A stretch of DNA of 26,855 nt, from assembly GCA_030141605.1 (NCBI GenBank), contig JAQGDQ010001751.1, positions 1-26,855 of the forward strand, read 5' to 3'. The notes below the pieces were generated by a model. That model was not told the origin of the DNA. It saw nothing but the letters and a program-made list of their open reading frames with translations, and ran no database searches. This DNA is from Tubiluchus corallicola. Taxonomy: Eukaryota; Animalia; Priapulida. Shown piece after piece: positions 23,595 through 26,855 of this stretch. Made by a program: the position numbers and the translations under genes. The first letter of the stretch is position 1. Each line of letters starts with the position of its first letter.

Positions 23595-23912
23595 TTTATA
23601 GCTACAAAAGTTAAGTAGCCAATGCAGCAATCGTCTGCTAAGATATTTGTGTTTCTCAGCTGCACTGCAATATTTTAGAATATCTTAGCACGCCGCATCT
23701 AAAGTCTGGGACCTGACTAAATGAGATGTCTGGGAGCTGATTAAAGTCTGACTAAATGTCAAAAGTAACATATCTGAGATGATTCACTGCATGTTGGTCC
23801 TCTACGATATAAATAGTCTAGGTTTATGAATATAAATTCATTGTAAGGGAGTCGAACCCACACAACTCAGCATGAAGTACCTAAACTCCATCACTGGATC
23901 ACAGTCTCACCA
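23595..23912 (-). mobile_element. tRNA-derived SINE (Pol III A and B boxes); 3' boundary approximate
   Basis: The minus strand has an A-box-like TGATCCAGTGA (23901-23891) and a B box GGTTCGACTCC (23858-23848) at tRNA-like spacing; no cloverleaf is evident. Confidence 0.5.
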
Positions 23913-24087
23913 CAGAGAGATACCTGATGAATCAGTATCAATGCCAAGGCATGATCAATAAATGAGTTGATAAAATTTTGTCAGGACAGCAAACGTTGTT
24001 GCCACTCAACTACTCAGAAACTTGAGGAGGCTGTGCCACTGTTTGCCCCGTGTGAACATTGTACCACCGATCCTACTATATAGTTTA

Positions 24088-24961
24088 TTATCTCATATGC
24101 ACATCTATTTGCTGCAGCTTGTCATTCCACTTCTCTTTGACTGTAGATGCCATTTCCTCTCATTCCGTTTTCAGATTTTCAGCAATTTCTTTTCTTTTTC
24201 AGTTATAAAATGTCATCGGGATCTCCATTTGTTGTTTTCTTAGTCGTCATCCCTGTGATTAAATTATGTATTCTCTCATAGTGCTTCTAAAATATTGACT
24301 TTTCTCAAATCTTCTAAGGGGACGCGAAACAAAGAAGAGCATTAAATTTTTTGAACTTAATCTAAACTTGCATCCTTAGTTCATTTCTTCTCGTGTTGCA
24401 TTTGCTCTAAGAAACTATTTTTAAAACATGTGAATATTTATTTCCTTTAAAAATGAGACTGTAAAACTGAAATGTATAAAATTTTCTGTCCAAATTTCTA
24501 ACCAACTTCCTCAATTCTGCACCAAACTCCTTTTTTAAGTATCCCGTGTTCTTATCTTCACGTCTGTCAAACCTGGAAAACACATTAATTATTCAACAAA
24601 GCCAAAAACATCAACTGGGCTATTCGTACTGTTAGAACAAAGAGTCTTTTTTCATTTAATTAGCAGAACTGTTAATCACTTGTTTCTTCGCAGTTTTTTC
24701 AATCAGTCCTGTTCTTCTTTTTCCTCTTTGTTTTATTTCATTTTTACATGACAAGTCAAGATCGTGTCACTGTAGCTGCAACCCTGTCATTACAAGCAGT
24801 ACAGTAGTCTCTATATGTGTAAATCTGCTATCCCTTACTTATTACGTGACAAGATTCGTGACCTTTAAAAAAGCTGTTTTGAATTTTTCCAGTCTGAGCT
24901 TACATTGAGTAATATTGTCTAAAGTATTAAAAGCTCTGGTGCCGATTAATAATGCGGCCAT
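24088..24961 (-). pseudogene. Decayed TRIM-like (RING/B-box/coiled-coil) gene
   Basis: ATG at 24961: MAALLIGTRAFNTLDNITQCKLRLEKFK, then shifted SRILSR, resembling the RING start L..ITECxICxE.F..PRxLPC. Later YCTACNDRV (B-box-like) and charged helical segments (KKEFGAELRKLVRNLD, EKEKKLLK, EEMASTVKEKWNDKLQQ), with many stops and frameshifts. Confidence 0.45.
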
Positions 24962-25149
24962 TCTAACCACTGACCATTGAAAAACTTAAAGAACTTGTTT
25001 TTATCAATGAATCTATAAAACACCTTAAAGATGACCCTAGATTGACAACAATTTGCATACTGTAATAGATAAACTCATGCGGTTGCAGCAATTAAAATTC
25101 AACTACCACGTCAACTTATTGCCTTTAGTCAGATATCATTCGTCTTCTG

Positions 25150-25660
25150 ATGTAAGTGTCATAAGTCGTGACATAAGTTGTCAAACATAGGCAAGCAAGT
25201 CGTGGGAATTTTGTGCCACATTGTCGCGATTTTCCCACGAGAAAAAAGTTCGAAATTCGTAGAAAAGTGGTAAAAGTTGCGCAGATTATTCAGAACTTCA
25301 CACGATGATTAGAGACCAGCACGACAAAGCCGGGTAGTGAGAAAATTTTCCATGGTCATAAAAAAGTGGAGGCACCGTGAAACCCTGGGTGAAAATGTCT
25401 CCAAATTGTTAAAAATTAGTGCACAGTATTCTTAGAAAGCGTCCCACAATGTTCTCCAAGTAGGTCTCGATATTGTCGACGGATGCAACAAATAACTGAC
25501 GACATATTTGTTCATGGTTGGCAAATGTTCAGTAAACAGTGCGACACTTTAGAGAAGGTTTTGGGAGAGCGCGAGTTTTGCAGCTTTGGCGACAAACTTC
25601 GGCGATGACCGAGGCAGGTTATCGCTGACTGACTACAATGTTGTGAAAACACACCACCAC
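25150..25660. mobile_element. Possible degenerate DNA-transposon remnant rich in GTCGTG/CACGAC/GTCGCGA motifs
   Basis: Higher GC, non-coding, recurrent short palindromic cores; no TIR or TSD resolved. Confidence 0.25.
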
Positions 25661-25844
25661 AAATACATATCTTGGTCCTATCATTCCGGAATGTGCAGAG
25701 ATAAGTTCAGTTGTTACAGAGTATGTTGAGGAAAAATCTTGAGATCTGTAAATTCCATGAGTTTATAAGTAAGAAAAAAGACTTCCCCTCCTGGATGAAG
25801 AAAAAACTTTTGGATAGCTCACTAACAGCGTATGTTTTTTATAG

Positions 25845-26041
25845 CTGGAACAAAGAAACGCGAACACAGCGACCTATTGACGACTACGACGAACACCAGC
25901 AGATGGCTTGCGGCTATTTCAGGATCAAATGGAGCATATTTGCAGTACATTTGGACTTGGACAATCTTGGATACCATGATACCCTGGCTTAGCATATTTG
26001 GTGTATATGGACTTATTGTCTACGAGTTTGGCAATAACTAG
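25845..26041 (+). CDS. Candidate terminal exon encoding a Thr-rich stalk and hydrophobic C-terminus (GPI- or TM-anchor-like)
   Basis: Branch-like CACTAAC (~25820-25826) and TGTTTTTTATAG| acceptor, phase 1. Translation GTKKREHSDLLTTTTNTSRWLAAISGSNGAYLQYIWTWTILDTMIPWLSIFGVYGLIVYEFGNN*. Confidence 0.35.
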
Positions 26042-26644
26042 GGCTGTGGTATATTTTCTTAAGGAGAAAGGGCAAAAAAGGACTTACGGGTAAATTTTGT
26101 TGTTACATATAAATTTTATTTTTATTCTGTAGCTTTTCAAATATCTTGAAAATAGGTGACAAATATAAGATTGGTCTGGTCCGGAAATTAGTAGGTTTGT
26201 CAACAGAATGGCCATCGTAATTGATAGCTATCTTAAACAATTAGGAGGGGTATCATTAATAGTTTAGTAAAAATAAGTTAGGGCAGAGGAGATAATGAGA
26301 CTAGTTATACTTTCACAAGCTTTATTATGACTTAAATCAGTTATCATTCGCTTAGCTTCAAAGATGTGAAGGACATCCTAGCATCCAAGAAAATATTTAA
26401 GTGTCACTGTATTTTCGTTGCCATGTCAGGCCCAATGGGGCTTGTTACAGTTCAGTTCAGGTCGTCAAATAAAACGCCAGTATTCTACTAGCAAGTGACT
26501 AGACAGTAAGATTACATAACATTTTAAAACCTTTCACTGAAAAAAATTTAAAATAAGAAAAACAGAAATGATAAAAAATCAGGAATGAAAATGCATGTTT
26601 AAAATAGTGTCACATTAAGCAGACATTAAAACTAAGTGGCCTTT

Positions 26645-26710
26645 AGAGAGAGAGGAGAGAGGAGAGAGGAGAGAGGAGAGAGGAGAGAGGAGAGAGGAGA
26701 GAGGAGAGAG

Positions 26711-26796
<86 letters not shown>

Positions 26797-26849
26797 CAGA
26801 GGGGAGAGAGAAAGAGAGCGAGAGACAGAGAGAGAGGGAGGGGGAGAAA
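26645..26849. repeat. (GAGAG)n/(GA)n polypurine microsatellite
   Basis: Directly visible. Confidence 0.97.
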
Positions 26850-26855
26850 GCTACA

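Noticed and set aside
23840-23912. tRNA gene
   Set aside because: A and B boxes are present but there is no acceptor or anticodon stem pairing; treated as a SINE head.
26480-26540. LKCYV on the minus strand as the start of a Ly6/three-finger exon
   Set aside because: Preceded by an in-frame stop and not followed by the expected cysteine pattern.

Overview
AT-rich eukaryotic genomic DNA with spliceosomal GT-AG sites and dense microsatellites; an invertebrate, possibly an annelid or other lophotrochozoan (inference only). Most ORF-track entries are microsatellite artefacts. Supported coding sequence: (1) a divergent class A GPCR exon covering TM3-TM7 (7210-7963, +); (2) an intact terminal exon of a C-type lectin with WIGL/QPD/WND motifs, missed by the ORF track (11053-11276, -); (3) a spliced exon encoding a signal peptide plus an RFamide-like ...PFLKFAKR motif (13545-13689, +), also missed by the track; (4) a decayed TRIM-like pseudogene (-) and a possible membrane-anchor terminal exon. 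The rest is layered transposon debris: piggyBac, hAT and pogo non-autonomous elements with TIRs and TSDs, several L2/CR1-group LINE fragments sharing a 3' stem-loop, a rearranged Helitron cluster, foldback-type arrays, a tRNA-derived SINE, and a 46 x 30 bp minisatellite with a 210 bp higher-order period that is open in frame behind a signal-peptide-like leader.
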